DNA of 60,000 bases from Felis catus (GCF_018350175.1 NC_058369.1:13642001-13702000), one strand, 5' to 3'; shown: positions 25,873 through 38,344, numbered from the stretch's first letter. The notes: generated from the sequence alone by a model not told the origin. Numbers and translations: made by a program.

Positions 25873-27792
25873 CAGAGCATGAGCGGGTGAGGGGCAGAGA
25901 GAGAGGGAGACACAGAATCTGAAACAGGCTCCAGGCTCTGAGCGGTCTGCACAGAGCCCGACGCGGGGCTCGAACTCGCGGACCGCGAGATCGTGACCTG
26001 AGCCGAAGTCGGCCGCTTAACGGACTGAGCCACCCAGGCATCCCTCCTCTGCTTTTTCTGTGCAGTCCTGCCTTTTTCTAGTTAAACAAATAAAAATACC
26101 CTAAAGCATGAACACGTTTTGAAAAATTTTTCCGACCGTAGAGAATCACCCCTGCCTGGTTAAGTGGCACCATGATTATTGCCATTTTATCACTCACACA
26201 CGTATCTGCACACACGCGTGTGCATGTATGTTAGTATGCACACGCATGTGCTGTTTCAACAACCTGCGTGGACTGGGCTCCTGCGGCTGCTATAAGAATT
26301 GGCCGTAAGCTTCGGACCACAGAAATGTAGCCTCACGTTTCTGGAGGCACAGAAATCCAAAGTCGAGGCCTCAGCAGCTATACTCTCTCTCAGGGGAGGG
26401 TCATTTGGGGTCTCTTCCAGCTTCTCCCTCTGTGGTCACGTGGGCTTCTCCTCCTCTCTGTCTCTGGCTTTTCTTCACGTGTCTCTTTTACGGACACTTG
26501 TCATTGGATTTGCGGCCCACCCAGATAATCCAGGAAGATCTCGTCAAGAGATCCTTTACTCACATCGATAAAGACCCTTTTTCCAAATGAGGTCACAGTC
26601 GCGATTTCCAGGCAATTAGGACAGGGCTTTTTTTTTCTTTTTTTTTTTTTTGCATGCGGGGTATCACCTTGCAGCTCATTATGCAACAGCTGCTGCTTTG
26701 TTTTCACATTCACCGATATTCAATTTATGGAACTCCAGATAGGACAGTGCCAGATGTGGGGCGTCCGGTAGTGAATCAACTAACCTTGTGACTCCAAAGA
26801 GTTAGCTCCTCCAGCATTATGGCCCATTAGACATCATCACTCCCTTCTGCTGGACACTTTACATCTTCTACTAGCCACACTTAAAAGATATAAGAACAGG
26901 GGCGCCTGGGTGGCTCAGTCAGTTGAGCGTCCGACTTCGGCTCAGGTCGTGATCTCACAGATCACGAGTTCGAGCCCCGTGTCGGGCTCTGTGCAGACAG
27001 CTCGGAGCCCGGAGCCTGCTTCCGATTCTGTGTCTCTCCCTCTCTCTCTGCCCCTCCCCTGCTCATGCCCTTGCTCTCTCTCTTTCAGGAATAAACATTT
27101 TAAAAGTTTAAAAAAAAAAAAAAATAAATGTTTATATATTTTCTTACAGTGCCCTCTCTGGGTGTAAGCATATACACAAATAATAAGTAATAGTTGAAAT
27201 TCGACTGTACTTAACCTGGTGTCCTGCTTGTTATAAATATTTTGTTGTGAGCATTTTATTATGTAGGTCATTAGAAATCCTCCCTTATATCACGTTAACG
27301 GCTGGGTAGATTTTAGTAATTGACATGACTGCCCTCCTATTATTATGCTAGTGCCTTGATACTTTTTTCTCATTTTTATGCAAAACCCTGACGTGATCAC
27401 TGACAGGTTATTACCTCTTTCGCTTCGATCCCTGAAAGTTACACCATGTCTTTTGCATTTGGCAATATGTCTTGAAGGTCATCCTGTATAGAACTGCTTT
27501 TGGCATGTTAACTCCGTAACGTATCCAGCCAACCCCCTCCTAACGGCTAAGGAGGTTGTTTCTGGTATTTGATTGTATTAACACAGTTGCAACGAACACC
27601 CTTGCATGTTTTACAGCCTTGCGTGTTTCGCTTGGCCTGTACCTTTGTGTGGGGCCGACTGTGTGGTCTATTCCAGCAGCAAGAGGCCAGAAACGACGTA
27701 ACTCCAGGCAGAGCCCCGAGAGGGTGCTGTCCTCTCCTGCACCTGGGGTGGGGGGGACCCCCAGTCTCATGGCCCTGCCCATCTGTCTGCAG

Positions 27793-28025
27793 CTCGTGGT
27801 GCATGTGGGGGTGTCGGGCATGGCGACCGCGGTCACACTGGAGAAGTGCGGGCATAACAAGGGCTACAAGGGGCTGGACAACTGCCGCTTCTGCCCCGGC
27901 TCCCAGTGCTGCGTGGAGGACGGGCCCGAAAGCATTGACTCCATCATCGACATGGATGCTGTGTGTAAGAGGGTCACCACGCTGGGCCTGGATGTGTCAG
28001 TGACCATCTCCCAAGATGCCGGCAG
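27793..28025 (+). CDS. PGPEP1: PGPEP1 coding exon 4 (LVVHVGVSGMATAVTLEKCG...ISQDAG), contains catalytic Glu85
   Basis: tctgcag acceptor; 233 nt; AG|gtaggg donor, phase 2; visible in ORF 27556..28029. Confidence 0.97.
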
Positions 28026-29664
28026 GTAGGGCACCTTGGGGTGATTGCGAGCAGTGGTTTCCCTCCTCCACCGGCCCAGGCTGGCGTTGAACAAGCCAAG
28101 TGCGTTGACTTTGGCCTCTGTGGGCTGAGCACTCACCGCTCACGAGGCTCAGAGCTAAGTACGTGCACATAACAGGTGCCACGGATTCTGCTCCTGGGAC
28201 TCATTATGTGTGGATCTGCCCACCTCTCCCCTGCTCTGGGTGCTAGCATCTGCCACCTGGACGCTGCTGCCCCGGCCGCCTCCCTGGTGTCCCTCCCTCC
28301 ACCTCTGCCCCGGCCCTGAGGGTCCTCTTCCTCCAAGCAGTTGGTTTCTGTTTGTGTTTTCTGTGGCTGTTGTAACAAAAACCATCACCTTGGTAGCTGA
28401 GGACAACAAAAACGTATTGTCTCCCAGTTCTGGAGGCTGGAAGTTCAAAATCAAGGTGTTGGCAACGTTTGCTCCTTCTGGAGGCCCTGAAGGGGAATCT
28501 GTTCCCTGCCTCTCTCCCGGTTTTTGGTCTGCAGGTAACCCTTGGGGTTCCTTGGCTTGTGGCCACATCACCCCGATCTTTGCCTCCGTCTCCACACGGC
28601 CTTCTTCCCTGTGTGTGTATTTACATGACCTTTTCATGAGGACATCAGTCATGGGATATAGGACCTACCTGAGGCCAGTATGATTTCATATTAGCTAACT
28701 ATAGCTGCAAAATCCCTATATCCAAATGTTCTGGGTGAACATACATTCCGGGAAGAAACTCTTCAGCCTCTTACAAGCTCTTTTATAAACTTGCTTAATC
28801 CCTCCTGCAGCTCTCACGGCACCTAGAATAAAATCCAAGCTGTCTCCACCACCATCCATAGGTTCTGTGTGGTCTGGCCCCTGCCCACCTCTCCACTCTC
28901 ATCTGCCTTCGCTCTTCTGTCCCCCACTGCATGCCAGCCACACAAGCCAGCCTCCTCCAGTTCCTCAAACACAGCACGCTCACTCTAGCCTCAGGGCCTT
29001 TGCACATGATATGGCCTCTGCCCTCATGTGCAGATCTCACCTCCCTCTGATAAGGTGTCTTTCAGGTTTTAGCTCCAGCACGTCGCCTCCTTGGAGGGGG
29101 GGGCCTCTGCAATCTCCTGGACCAAGTTAGGCCCCCTCTGTTCAATGCCCTCTCAGCACCAGGTGTCTCCATTTCTCAACACTCTGTACACTTCTCCAGC
29201 CCAAAGGCAGCAGGTGGCAGATTCAGTAGACTGAATGGAGTAACCGAATTCACCATCGTTCTGTTTTTATTTTTTTTAATGTTTATCGATTTATTTATTT
29301 TGAGAGAGAGATAGAGAGCGAGCGGGGGAGGGGCAGAAAGAGAGGGACACAGAGAATCCAGAGCAGGCTCCACGCTGTTAGCGCAGAGCCCGATGCGGGG
29401 CTCGAACTCACGAACCTTGCTTGAGATCACGATCCGAGCCAAAACCAAGAGTCAGATGCTTAACTGCCTGAGCCACCCAGACGCCCCCATCATTCTGTTT
29501 TTTTAAAACTAATTCCAAATGGCACAGATAATTCCAGACTATATTCTCATGTGTTCCCACTGGGAAAAATTCTCTTGCCCTCTCTCCTTCTCCCTAGCGA
29601 TCCCTCTGTTAAAGCTGAGACTTAAATTGTAAAACTTCCTATGCACCGACACCTTTCCGTAGAC

Positions 29665-29835
29665 GGGTAACCCTTGAACGACATGGGGGTAGGGCTGCTG
29701 ATCACCCCCCTGCATACAAAATTTGCATAACATTTGACTCCCCCCACCCCTGCCAAGCTTTACTACTGTGAGACCACTGTTGACCAGAAGCCTTACTGAT
29801 AACATAAACAGTTGATTAACACACATTTTGTATGT

Positions 29836-29875
<40 letters not shown>

Positions 29876-30205
29876 ATTCTTACAATAAAGTAAGTTAGAG
29901 AAAAGAAAATGTTATTAAGAAATTCATAAGGAGGGGCTCCAGGCTGGCTCAGTCAGTAGACTGTGTGACTCTTGATCTCGGGGTAGTGGGATTAGGCCCC
30001 CACGTTGGGTATAGAGCTTACATTAAAAAAAAAAAAATCAGGGGCGCCTGGGTGGCTCAGTCGGTTCAACTCAGGTCACGGTCTTGCAGTTCGTGAGTTC
30101 GAGCCCCGCGTCGGACTCTGTGCCAACAAACAGCTCAGAGCCTGGAGCCTGCTTCCGATTCTGTATCTCTCCAAGTGTCCACTGATTGATGAGTGGAGAA
30201 AGAAG

Positions 30206-30241
<36 letters not shown>

Positions 30242-30323
30242 GGATATTATTCAGCCATAAAAAGAATGAAATGTTGCCCTTTGCAACTCCACGGATGGAG
30301 CTAGAGAGTATAATGCTCAGGGG

Positions 30324-30365
<42 letters not shown>

Positions 30366-30700
30366 AAACCGAGAAACAGACTCTTAACTACAGAGAACAC
30401 CCCAGTGGTGCCCAGAGGGGAGGGGTGGGGGTGGGTGAAGTCGGTGATGGGGAGCAGCGAGGGCACTTGTCATGACGAGCACCAGGGGTTGTCTGCAGCT
30501 GTTGAATCACTATATCGTACACCTAAAACTAGTATCACACTGTATGTTAACTAACCGGAATTAAAGTGAAAACAAACAACAACCACAAAAGAAAACCATA
30601 AGGAAAAGAAAATGCATTCACGGCACTGGGCTTACTGGAAAGAAAACCCTTGTGTAAGGGGACCCTTGCAGTTCAAAGCCATGTTGTTCAGGGATCGAGG
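29665..30700 (+). mobile_element. Tigger2-like DNA transposon interrupted by (TG)n, SINEs and an L1 3' end
   Basis: acccttgaac..., ttgaccagaagccttactgataacataaacagttgattaacac and ...gttcaaagccatgttgttca.gg termini; an opposite-strand copy lies at ~44950-45560. Confidence 0.7.
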
Positions 30701-31727
30701 ACATGTGAACACTTGGTCCTCCAGTTTAGGCTTTTGTCCTATTTTGTTTTGCTTTTATGCGGCTGGGGTTACGTGATGTATATGTTCTTGAGATGTCCCT
30801 TTATCAGTTTCACTCGTGGGCACGCGGCACGGGTCCTGGTGGATTCTCCGTTTCCCTCTGGATCCACCGTGTGCCTTGTAGATGGCTGCATAGTATTCCC
30901 TTGTGTGGATGAGCCGATTTATTAAGCCGCTCTTCAGTCAGCGGAAGTTTAGATTGCGCCCTGGCTTGTTTGGGCTGCTACAACCAAATACCACATACTG
31001 GGCGGCTTATAAACAACAGAAAGTAATTGCTTACACTTTTGGAGGCTGGGAAGTTGAAGATCAAGGCACCGGTCCGGTCCTGTTCTAATGAAGACCTCCC
31101 TCTGGGCTGCAGCCCCCTTCGTGCTGCGGCAGGAGGGGGGAGATAGCTCTTTGGGGTCTCTTTTATAAGGGCCCTAACCCCATTCACGAGGGGCTCTCAC
31201 GTCCCAAAGGCCCCACCTCTTAAGACTATCACATCGGGAGTTAGGGGCTTCAACAGTGAATTGGAGGCTGGACATTCAGACCGGGGCAGGTTACTTCCCA
31301 TTTTTCGACTTTTCTACTTAACAGTGCAGCAAATGCCTTGTTGGTCTTTCCTGTGCCCTCATGCCAAGGGCTTCTGGAGATAGATTCCAAAAACCAGAAA
31401 TAATATGTCACGAAGTCTGGGCATTTGTGCTATACTAGCCTGCCCAATTTTCCCCCTGGGGCAATTTGCATCGCCACTGGTAGCATCTCATACTGCCTCC
31501 TTCCTCACATACACACCAGCACACGAGGTTATTGGGGTTTTTCGTTTTTGTCGGCCTGGGGAGGGTGAAGCAGTCAGTGTTCCATCCTGTGGCTTTCTGG
31601 CGAGGTTGGGGGTCTTACGGTAGATCTGGATGGAGGCTGTCCTGTTAGTCTGTGTACTGACTCTCTGACCCTGTTTTGGTCTCCCTTCTGCCACCCCCAC
31701 CCCCCACCGCCATGCCCTGCAACGTAG

Positions 31728-31920
31728 GTACCTCTGCGATTTCACCTACTACACCTCTCTGTACCAGAGTCATGGCCGCTCAGCCTTCGTTCATGTGCCC
31801 CCGCTGGGCAAGCCGTACAACGCAGACCAGCTGGGCAGGGCGCTGCGGGCCATCATCGAGGAGATGCTGGACGTCCTGGAGCAGTCAGAAGGCAAAATCA
31901 ACTGTCGCCACAAACACTGA
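31728..31920 (+). CDS. PGPEP1: PGPEP1 coding exon 5 ((R)YLCDFTYYTSLY...AFVHVPP...KINCRHKH-stop), contains catalytic Cys149 and His168
   Basis: tag acceptor at 31725-31727; 193 nt to TGA 31918-31920; the five exons sum to 630 nt = 209 aa + stop; AGRYLC and FVHVP motifs of peptidase family C15. Confidence 0.97.
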
Positions 31921-32431
31921 GAGCCTCTTAGGCCTCCCAAGACCTCGTCCCACTCGGGACCCTGGGAGGGACAGCTGCCTTCTGGGGCCTGGCCAAGGAG
32001 GATACGCCTGACAGCTGGGGATCTGATTTGGATCAATATTCCGACTTACACACCTCTTCCTTTTTCTCCGCAAAAGGGCTGGTCGATTTGCAAGGGGTGG
32101 CTGAAGATTTTTCCTCCATCGCCCTTTGCTTTAGGGGACACCGCCACGGTGGCCGGGAAGCCCGTGGGTCCCGATCTCCACGGGGAATCCTGGCCGAGTG
32201 GATCTCTGCCCTTTGATCCCGCAGCTGGGGCCCCCTGTTCACCTGCCTGTCTAAGTCTCCGGTGAAGGGATGCCGGTGTCCCCCCCCCCGCCCCCCCCCC
32301 GTCCATGACTGGTTTTTCCCAAACTTAAAAACTCCTTGAAATGTCTTTGCCCTGATTCATGTCCCAACAGCCTGGACAGCCCTGGAAAGGGCTGCCTTGG
32401 GATATGGCAGGGGCTTTTTTTTTTTTTTTTT

Positions 32432-32481
<50 letters not shown>

Positions 32482-33078
32482 TACTCTGGAGTGGGGCTGC
32501 CGGTGGCAAGCAGACCTTGTCATTTTGACATGCACATGACTGTTGTTTTTTTTTAAATGTGTAAAAATTTATAGCAGCTGCAAACCCACCCCACATCTGG
32601 CCTGGATTTTTGCGGACTTGGTGCTGGGGACCAGCTTATTGCTGTCCTCGTGGCGGTGGGGGCAGAATGGGGCCTGGGGGCCGGAGTTTGCCGAACCCCA
32701 TGTGTGCTGGCGTGTTTGAGCACGAGGGTGGCGAAGCAGCCAGGGGCCTTTTGTGTAGATGGTTTTGGAGCCGCGCCCGGGACTCAGGAGTAAATTTTGA
32801 TCTCCCTCCCTGGCAGCTTTGAACTTGCCAGCCGGGGATGAGAGTAACGCCACCCAGCTGGACCTTGATTACCGGTCAGAGGGAGAGAACGACCACGGCA
32901 GTCAGGAAGCCAACTGAGGAAAACACCCATTCGGGAAGGGATCTGCTATTCTGGGGGACTGTGTGGTTTTAATCATGCCCCTAAGTGTGAGGTGTGCTGG
33001 AATCTGATGCCGTGTTGGAGCGTGTCGGTGTTTCCCAGCATGCAGTTCTTCTGAAAACAGATGAGGGTTTTGCTTTGT

Positions 33079-33109
<31 letters not shown>

Positions 33110-34813
33110 CAACCTTCACCTTCTTCCCCTCTTGTTCTGATGGCCAGGGGAGGTCCTGCCTCTGCTGAGCTGCTGTGTCGCTGGGAAACCGGGTTGATGG
33201 GTTTCCGAGTTAAATGCATGTTCGGAGTCCTGGGTTTCCTCCGGATGGGGGAGTGGAGAGAAGTGGGTGACTTGGGGCCGGCACTTGGCAATGGGTGTGG
33301 ACTGTGGCTGGCAGGTTGAAATGATTGGGACTCTTTCTCCATGCCCGCCTGCCTTCTACCAGAAATGTCCCTTTCGCGTCCCCGGTCTGAGCTTGTAGTC
33401 TCCCGAGAAACCTGCAGCGTGGGATTCTGTGAGCCGAAATTGCGGCTCTTCTGAATATGGGGAGCTCGAGGCTCATGGGTTAGCTCGGTTCCCCAAAGGT
33501 CCGGTCTGCAGGTGTCGGAGGAGGAAACGAATCCAGGCAAGATGGGGAGGGAAGGGGTGGGGCGTTCCTGGAGATGAGCCACGGCTGCGCTTAGCTGCAT
33601 ACCCACTGGAACCCAGATGCACCATCCCCAAACTCCGCATTTCCACCCTTTTGTCTTCGTTTTGCCTCTCTGTGTGAAGCACCACGTGATTCAGAAAGTG
33701 AGAGGTATAACTTATTGTCCGATCATTGTCGGGTGTACGTATGTCATTTTTGTGCTCCGGCAATGGCTTTAGATGTTCTCCTCCAGTCCAGCTGGAATCC
33801 TCTCCTTGCCCACGATGCAGAGCATTTCGCTCATTCTCATTCAATCAGACAGCCATTGGACATTTCACCCGCTTCCTGCTAGCTCTTTGACCGTCCAGTT
33901 TGGGGCAGACTCACCTGTTCCCTCCGTGGCGTGTCTGGTCCGCATTTATCGGGCCTTGGACTAAAAAATGTCCTCGTGTGAGAAGGGAGGACCAAGCCCC
34001 GTTCTTCCTCCCTCATCATTTGCGGAGGCTCAGGGGGAGGGGGGCACGCAGAGTGGGGCAGGGGGATGGCTCTGTGAAGTGGCTTAGCCGCGGGTGGAGG
34101 GGAGATGCTGAGAGGTGGGTGCAGCAGGTGTTAGTGGCAGAAAGATGGGCAGAGGGATGTGGTGGGAAGGCAGGCTGTTGGGGGAATCTTGCAGGGTCAG
34201 TGGGGCGGCGCCTCTCCCTGGGCCCCCATGGCGGGGTGCCGAGGTGGGGGATGGGGACAGCAACAGTCATCCGGGTGTCTGGTGATGGCATGTCCTTTAA
34301 GGTGCCAGAGCCTCTGCGCCTCATACCTTTCTTCTTCTCTCAGCCCCTTTGGCTCCCCCTTCCTCACCAAAAAGAAGGTCAGTGGTATGTACTTGAGGGT
34401 GTAGCTTGAAAAAGAAACAAGAAGGCGTGGTTGGAGAGAAGGAAGGGTGGCGAGAAGCAGGAATGTGAGTCGGTGGCCTGGGTTTGTACCACCTGGCCCG
34501 CCTGGTCTGGTCAAGGAACAGCCAAAGGTCCCTTGGCCACTGGGAGAGACAGGGCCAGGTGGGGGACAGAGGTCAGGGCCAGGCGGGGGGGGGGGGGGAC
34601 GGAGGTCATGGCTTCCCAGGTGGTGCCGGGTCTTTGGGGGAAATGTCAGATTGCAATAGTTTCAGCAAGGCAAAGAGTTTCCAGCTGCCTTGCTCTTTGC
34701 TGGCACAGTGACTTCTGGAACAGAAAGGGCCTGCTCAGGGGGATGGCTGGAAGAGTAGATTCAGGATGCCTTTTTGTTGTCTTAGAAGTTTCTGCCAGGA
34801 AGCCAGGCCCGCT

Positions 34814-34855
<42 letters not shown>

Positions 34856-36225
34856 GTGTGCGCGCGCGCGCGCGCACCCGCATGCCTGTGTCCCCCGAGG
34901 GCGACTGGGCCAGGGAGGGGAGCTGCTCCTGGAAATCCGCCCACCCCACCAGCCTCTTTTCTGCTGCCACTGTCTAGACTGTTGACCTTTGACCTCTCCA
35001 CCCCTTGGAGTGTTTAAACCCAAAAGTCCCCTCTGGGGAGAGTGGGACAAAGCCCCATTCTTCTCCATGGCCCCAGCCTCCACCGCGAGACCCTCGAAAG
35101 CGCACGCGTGAGCCTGCAGCCGGTGTGGGGACGTTGGTGTTCATACAGGCGGAGGCAGGCCACCGCGTTGCCAGGTGGCTCCTCGTGGCCACGGATCCCC
35201 CACTGTATCCATTGACTCCGGGAAGCCGAAAAGGGCTTTTGTTTTTATATCCCAGAGTGCATTTCCCTTTCTCCAGGCACAAGTGCCTCAAAAGGGCCTG
35301 GGCCTGCTGGCCGGGAGGGAGAACATCTCTATTTTTGTGGTGAGGAAGCACACTAAAGGCCACGGACCCCCTCACACCCATGGCAGCATGGCTCTTTGGG
35401 GTGGGAGGCCATTTGCTGGCATCCACATCTCGGGTGGATGCGGAACATTTCTGCTAAGAGACTCTGCCCTCCGGTTCATGGGCAGTTGTCACAAGCTGAG
35501 TGTCGCGGGCTCCCAGGTCTCTGGGGGACCTGTTCCAGCCCTGAGCTGCTCCTCCTGCCAAACCCATCTCTCCCCCTCTCTCTCCTCACCAAGCCTTCCT
35601 TTCAGCTGCCTGGAGACCCACAGAAGTGCCTGCCTCTCTAATAAACACGGGGCACAGAGAAAGGGGACGAGATGAGAAAGAGAGAAGTAACCCCAGGCTC
35701 TGGACCCCAGGGCCCAGGCCAGGGTCACCGGAACCATTTGCAGAGGTGGGGTCTGGAGCGAGTGACTTTTGTGACTGACACACTTTGTCTCCAGGAAATC
35801 ACAGAGAAAGCCAGTTTGGAATTGGGCTCTGTGCTTCCCGGCCGTGTGGCATCCCCAGATGCCAAGGAAACTACATCGGGATCTTGGGAAGCAGAATTGG
35901 CTTTTGCCCGCCCTAGGGGTACCTGGCATGTTTCTGGGGCTCCGTTAACATCTCAGGTTTCTATCTCATCCTGTATCTCTCTTTAGGAAAAACCTTTCCC
36001 ACCGAAGGTAACTGCATTTTCTGTCCCCCAAGGTGGGCCTGGCCCCTGCACCCTCGGGGTGGCTTCTCCCTGACCCCCAGAGTTCCTGTGAGTGCCTTGT
36101 CCGAAACCCTCCTGCTGGGACCCCTGGCTGGGGAGGGGTCTGTCGGACTTTGCTGGGGGCTGGGCTCTGGGACACCCCAATCTTGACACCCCAGAAAGCA
36201 AATAAAACAGTTGAAATATGTGATT
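31921..36225 (+). other. PGPEP1: Probable long PGPEP1 3'UTR
   Basis: Follows the stop codon with no recognisable interspersed repeats and ends at a canonical poly(A) site; the 3' end is inferred. Confidence 0.65.
34816..34877. repeat. (GT)n(GC)n alternating purine-pyrimidine microsatellite
   Basis: 62 bp of uninterrupted alternation; other microsatellites include (CA)n 3750-3785, (GA)n 5805-5865, (TG)n 29838-29871 and (CT)n 32435-32480. Confidence 0.95.
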
Positions 36226-36242
36226 TCTTGTGTGTCTTTGTG
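36201..36242 (+). terminator. Polyadenylation signal AATAAA with GU/U-rich downstream element
   Basis: AATAAA 36201-36206 followed by tgtgatttcttgtgtgtctttgtg; a second AATAAA at 35640-35645 lacks a GU-rich element. Confidence 0.7.
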
Positions 36243-37212
36243 AGACGTTAGCAGCCACCGGGGTCATCCCCAGCCTGAGGGCATCAGTGGGCACAGGGGG
36301 CTCTGACTCACTGGGATTTCTGTCCTTGGTGCCCACTTTGTGGCGGCTGTTGTGAGTGTGCTGAGTGGATAATGATCAGGGGGTTTCTGTACAGAATGGT
36401 CTCCCTCCTCACAACCCAATGCCTCTGTTCTGATGCACAGAGAGATCAAGTAACTTGCCTACTGTCCCACAGCAAGGGGATGTGGTGCTGCTGGGGTTTG
36501 AGTCATGATCGTTTAGACTCCCGGCGTGTGCAATATTCCCACTCACAACTCTGTGGTGGGGGTGCCATTACGACCTTTCACAGATGGGGAAACTGAGGCT
36601 CTGACAGGTGAAGCCTCTTGTCATGGCCAGGGAGAGGAGAGGTAGGGAAGTGAACCCAGGCCAGCTTCTCTGGCACTGAGTAGTTTGAACCAGAGACAGG
36701 GCTTGGTCATTCCCCTATGTCCTCGGAAGGAATGAAGCCACTCCAGGGTCAGGGGCTTTCAAAGAATAGATTTAAAAAAATTTTTTTCCTAATGTGTTTT
36801 TTATTTATTTTTGAGAGACAGAGACAGAGCACCAGCTGGGGAGGGGCAGAGAGAGAGGGAGACACAGAATCCGAGGCAGGCTCCAGGCTCTGAGCTGTCA
36901 GCACAGAGCCCCACGCGGGGCTCGAACTCACAAATGGTGAGATCATGACCTGAGCCAAAGTTGGATGCTTAACCGACCAACTGAGCCACCCAGGCTCCCC
37001 CAAAGAATAGATTTTTGAAACCAAAAGGACTTGTCTTGGGGGATGTTGGTCCCGGGGGAGGGGGCACCTCCTTGAAGTCCCTGAGGACACAGGGACTTTG
37101 CACCCTCAGAGGAAGTGTCCTCGGCACCCAGCACAGCTCCAGGCGTTTAATAGGTGTGCAGTAAACTACAGGGGGAGGTGGGAAAGGGGTGAATGCTCAG
37201 TGTTCTATCTCG

Positions 37213-37231
37213 AGGCCAGCAGGGGGCGCAA
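37213..37231 (+). promoter_or_regulatory. CTCF-binding motif
   Basis: AGGCCAGCAGGGGGCGCAA; core CCAGCAGGGGGCGC matches the canonical CTCF consensus. Confidence 0.65.
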
Positions 37232-37547
37232 GGAGGCGCCGGAGTTTCCAGGGAGCGGAAGACAAGCCCCGGAAGGCCAGCTTCCTTCTCTGGCCCAGAC
37301 CCTCACACCACCTGCTCCTTACCGATGGAGCCCTGTCTCCCTGTGGCTACATCGGTCACTTATGAAGTGCCTACTGTGCATTGGTGCCTGGGCTGGGGAC
37401 ACACCAGGGATCCAGCAGTTTCCAGGCCGGGAGTACGGTGCAGGGAATCCGGCAGTGATGGGGGACATACAGGGAGCTGAACGGGCAAGGCATATGAGGG
37501 GAGGCTCATTAGAGGGTAAGGCTTGGAGAAGTCTCTGTTGGCCCCAT

Positions 37548-38344
37548 TCAATAGTTTCCGTCAGCTCTCGCCTGGACATTCTCAGTCTTACTTGGAGAAC
37601 AGGGGCTTGGACGATGGGGTTTTGGGGTGACGGGGAGTTCGGAGCTGACGGCCAAGAAAGAATTCTTGAAGACATCTTTGGTGCAAAAAAGGGGATTTTA
37701 TTAAACCACGGGGACAGGACCCGTGGGCAGAAAGAGCTGTACCGGGATTGTGATGGGTAACTCATTATAGACCTTCGGGTTGGGAGGGGGTTAGGGATAG
37801 AGCAAATCTCTAAGGTATTTTGGAAGCAAGGTTTCCAGGGCCTGGAGGGCCTCGGTGTTGTTTGGAAAACGTCATTTGTTACCGATTAGTAAAACCTCAG
37901 TCACGAGACCCTTCAGGTGTATATCAGAGGGCCGGATGCTTGGAGTATGATTGCCAGCATATATCTTGGGGGAGTTGAGGTAAAGGAAGTTTCCAAAGGA
38001 ATTTTTATATGTTAAAGCAGACTCACAGGATCCTGGGGGGTCAGGATAATGTTAAGCCAAGATTGCCTTTTGCCCCCAGCAAAGGGTCATCGTCGAAGCA
38101 GCTGAGCTCCTAGAGGAAGGTCGCTCTGCCTGTTTCAAGGACTCGTCAATGGGCTGTAGGCAGTAAGGGAATTTCATTTTGCCTTAGTTTGCCTTAGTTT
38201 CCCACATCACCACGGCAAGCACATAAACCCCTTTCCTTTGTTCTTGGGTAGCCGGGAGTGTCCAAGGAATATCACGCATGTCCCACCAGAGCAAGGGGGG
38301 TTGCTAGCCTGTACTTTGCCCTTGGCTCGCATTATGCTCCCTCA
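37548..38344 (-). mobile_element. Solo ERV1-type LTR
   Basis: Candidate 4-bp TSD CCAT (37544-37547, 38345-38348); TG at the minus-strand 5' end; minus-strand AATAAA near 37697-37702 and TATA-like element near 37765. Confidence 0.65.

Noticed and set aside
37098..37760. Longest ORF in the track (220 aa)
   Set aside because: Spans L2-like and LTR sequence, with no recognisable domain or exon structure
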